Below, piece by piece: positions 60,970-64,000 of a stretch of 64,000 nt of DNA. How positions within the stretch are numbered: position 1 is the stretch's first letter; every line of letters starts with the position of its first letter. Location of the stretch: the NCBI RefSeq assembly GCF_963921235.1, contig NC_086097.1, forward strand, positions 41,790,001 through 41,854,000, in the 5' to 3' direction. The position numbers and the translations under genes were made by a program. The stretch comes from Mobula hypostoma. Taxonomy: Eukaryota. The notes beneath the pieces were generated by a model that saw nothing but the letters and a program-made list of their open reading frames with translations, did not search any database and was not told the origin of the DNA.

Positions 60970-63187
60970 AAAACATAAGAACATAAGAAATAGGAGCAGG
61001 AGTAGGCCATCTGGCCCGTCGAGTCTGCTCCACCGTTCAATAAGATCATGGCTGATCTTTGCCATGCAGTCATCTCCTCCTACCTGCTTTTTCCCCATAA
61101 TCCTTAATTCCCCTACTATGCAAAAATCTATCCAATCTTGTCTGAAATATATTTACTGAGGTAGCCTCCACTGCTTCACTGGGCAGAGAATTCCACAGAT
61201 TCATCTCTTTGGGAAAAGCAGTTCCTCCTCATCTCCTTCCTAAATCTACTCCCCCAAATCTTGAGGCTATGTCCCCTAGTTCTAGTCTCACCTACCTTTG
61301 GAAGCAACTTTCCTGCCTCTATCTTAAATATCCCTTTTATGATTTAATATGTTTCTATAAGATCTCCTTTCGTTCTTCTGAATTCCAGCCAGTACAGGCA
61401 CTGCTGATTCAATCTCTCCTCATAGTCTAACCCCTCCCCCCCTCCATACTCTGGAATCAACCTGGTGAACCTCCTTTGTATCACCTCCAAAGACAGTATA
61501 TCCTTCCTCAGGTATGGAGACCAGAACTGCACGCAGTACTCCAGGTGCGGCCTCACCTGTACCCTATACAATTGCAGCATAACCTCCCTGCTCTTAAATT
61601 CAATACCTCTAGCAATGAAAGCAGGCTGCAATATTTTACCATTTAAATAATAATCCTCTCTTCCATTTTTCTTCCAAAGTGGATGACCTCACATTTACCA
61701 ATATTGTACCCCATATATCAGACCCTTGCCCACTTACTTAACCTATCTATACCTCTCTGCAGACTCTCCTGCACAATTTACTTTTCCACTCAATTTAGCC
61801 TCATCAGCAAACTTAGATACACTTCACTCGGTCTCCTCTTCCAGGTCGTTAATGTATATTGTGAACAGTTGGGGGCCAAGCACCAAACCCTAGAGCACAC
61901 CGCTCACCACTGATTGCCAATGAGGGTAACACTAATGTATCTCAACTCTCTGCTTTCTATTAGTTAACTAATCCTCTATCCATGATAATACATCACCCCC
62001 AACTCTATGCATCATTATCTTATGGATAAGTCTTTTATGCGGCACTTTATCGAACTCCTTCTGGAAATCCAAGTAAATAACATCCATCTGTTCCCTTCTA
62101 TCCACTGCGCTCATTATATCCTCAAAGAACTCCAGTAAGTTTGTTAAACGGGGACTGCCTTTGCTGAATCCATGCTGTATCTGCCTGATGGAGCCATTTC
62201 TTTCTAGATGCCTAGCTATTTCTTCTTTAATGATAGCTTCACGCATTTTCACAACTACAGATGTTAAACTAACTGGCCTATAGTGACCTGCCTTTTGTCT
62301 ATATCCTTTCTTGAACAGTAGTGTGACACTCAACATCTTCCAATCCACTGGGACCTGCCCAGATCCAGAGAATTTTGATAAATTATCACCAAAGCCATTT
62401 CTGCCATTTCTTTTAGTGCCCTGGGATGCATTCCATCAGGACCAGGAGACTTATCTATCTTCAGGCCCACGTTTGCTCAGCACTACCACTTCAGTGGTCC
62501 TCGTTTCCCATCGCATCCGTAACATCTCTCTTTGACATGTTAGACATATCCTCCACTGTGAAAACCGACACAAAATAGTCATTCAAAGCTTCTGTCATTT
62601 CCTTATTACTAAATATCAATTCCCCATTCTCACCCTTCAAGGGACCTACACTCACCTTAGCCATCCTTTTCTGCTTTATGTAATTATAAATCTTTCACTA
62701 TCCAGTTTTATACATTGTGCTAGTTTATTTTCATAATCTTTCTTTCCTTTTTCTATTGCTCACTTAGTGGTTCTTTGTTGCTTTTTAAAGTTTTCCCAAA
62801 TTTCCAGTTTCCCACTACTCTTGGTGACTTTGTATTCATGAGCTTTTAGTTTGATGCCTTCTTTTATTTCCTTAGTTATCCAAGGCTGACTCACCCCACC
62901 TTTACCGTCCCTGCTTTTAATTGGAATATACTTTTGTTGAGCACCATAAAAAATCTCTCTGAAAGTCTTCCACTGTTCCTCAACCATTCCACAATATAGC
63001 CTATGTTGCCAGTCTATACTAACCAAGTCCACCTTCACCAATTGTTTAGGCATAGTCTCCACTGTTTAGGCATAATACACTGTTTTTAGATCGAACTATT
63101 GCACCCTCCATTCGTATAAGAAACTCAATCATACTATTATCTTCCAAGAGGATCCTTAACTACAAGATCACTAATTTTACCTGTCTC
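60970..63187 (-). mobile_element. 5'-truncated CR1 LINE, disrupted
   Basis: ORFs 61344-61631, 61968-62348 and 62760-63062. The tail is seen as 'aaacataagaacataagaa'. Confidence 0.9.
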
Positions 63188-63189
63188 TG

Positions 63190-63330
63190 TGAGAGCAGAA
63201 GAAGAGTTAATATTTCAGGTTGAAAATCCTTCACCAAAACTAGGGAAGAGAGAAAACAAATTAGTTCTAAGTTGCAGGTAGGGTGGGTGAGGGATAGATG
63301 AATAAGACAAAAGGAATACTTCAGATATAT
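63190..63330 (-). mobile_element. Old Penelope pseudo-LTR remnant
   Basis: The minus strand reads 'agttttggtgaaggattttcaacctgaaatattaact', a decayed hammerhead-like module. Confidence 0.45.
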
Positions 63331-64000
63331 AGAAGCCAGTGAAATAAGCTGTACAATAAGTCACCTGATTTTCATTCCAGTGTAGTCAGTTGTTTTGGTT
63401 TTCACTTCCAATACTTTGTCTGCACAATGTTCTTCTCTATGAAGGATTAAGAAAAATAAAGAGATCAGATAACAGATCAACAGAAAAACATTAACAAAGA
63501 CATTAAAGTACCATTGCTAGTAGTTGATATGATCTTAACTTCTTGCACTGCGAATTGTAGAAACTTCAATATTAAACCAAGGTGTCCTTGCAATGGAATA
63601 TGTAGGAAATTGGTAGGATTCCTTGGAGTAGGCCTGAATAGTCCCATAAAATAACTATAAAATTATAATTTCACACAGGCCTCATTCCACACCTTTGAAG
63701 GATGACACCCTCAGAATAATTCTCACCATACAGCTAGTACAATATTTGGAAAGTTATTAAAGCAGACTGCTCTAATAAAGGGGACATAAACATACCAAAC
63801 TTTCTAATATATTTTATCTTCCCTACTTTCTAATCTTAGTCCAGATCTATGAATTGAGAACTCAATTCATTATAAAATCATTTCTTGTGGTAACTGCCAG
63901 AGTTCTGATAAAACAAACTCATAAATAATTATTCTACTTCTTAAAACTCCGGGTATTAGCCAATTTACAAAGAAGGCAAAGACAAACTTTTTAAAAAGAA

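Overview
Eukaryotic, gene-poor DNA that is mostly retrotransposon-derived. The repeat mix (CR1 LINEs with an esterase ORF1, Rex1/Babar-like LINEs, a fish-type L1, Neptune-like Penelope elements, a Mag-like Gypsy relic, a V-SINE and hAT MITEs) suggests a cartilaginous fish, probably a ray; that is inference. I found no host protein-coding exon. Every ORF I could recognise is a broken retroelement ORF. The best-defined insertions are a full-length L1 (26854-32940, minus strand, 14-bp TSD), a Penelope-like element (14091-16948, 10-bp TSD), a near-complete CR1 (about 34985-39165) and a palindromic hAT MITE (25915-26112, 8-bp TSD). The most interesting signal is non-coding. The Penelope 3' pseudo-LTR carries a minimal type I hammerhead ribozyme motif (stem I-CUGAnGA-stem II-GAAACGUH-stem I). 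The same module recurs in about 8 places, including tiny ORF-less, TSD-flanked insertions that look independently mobilised. Other oddities are a four-fold 5' stutter in the Penelope copy, a 112-bp inverted local duplication, an internally inverted Rex1-like LINE, about 83-bp monomer arrays in two CR1 5' ends, and ORF-less elements that begin with ETS and YY1 motifs. Boundaries of degraded fragments are approximate, and family names come from motif recognition, not database searches.
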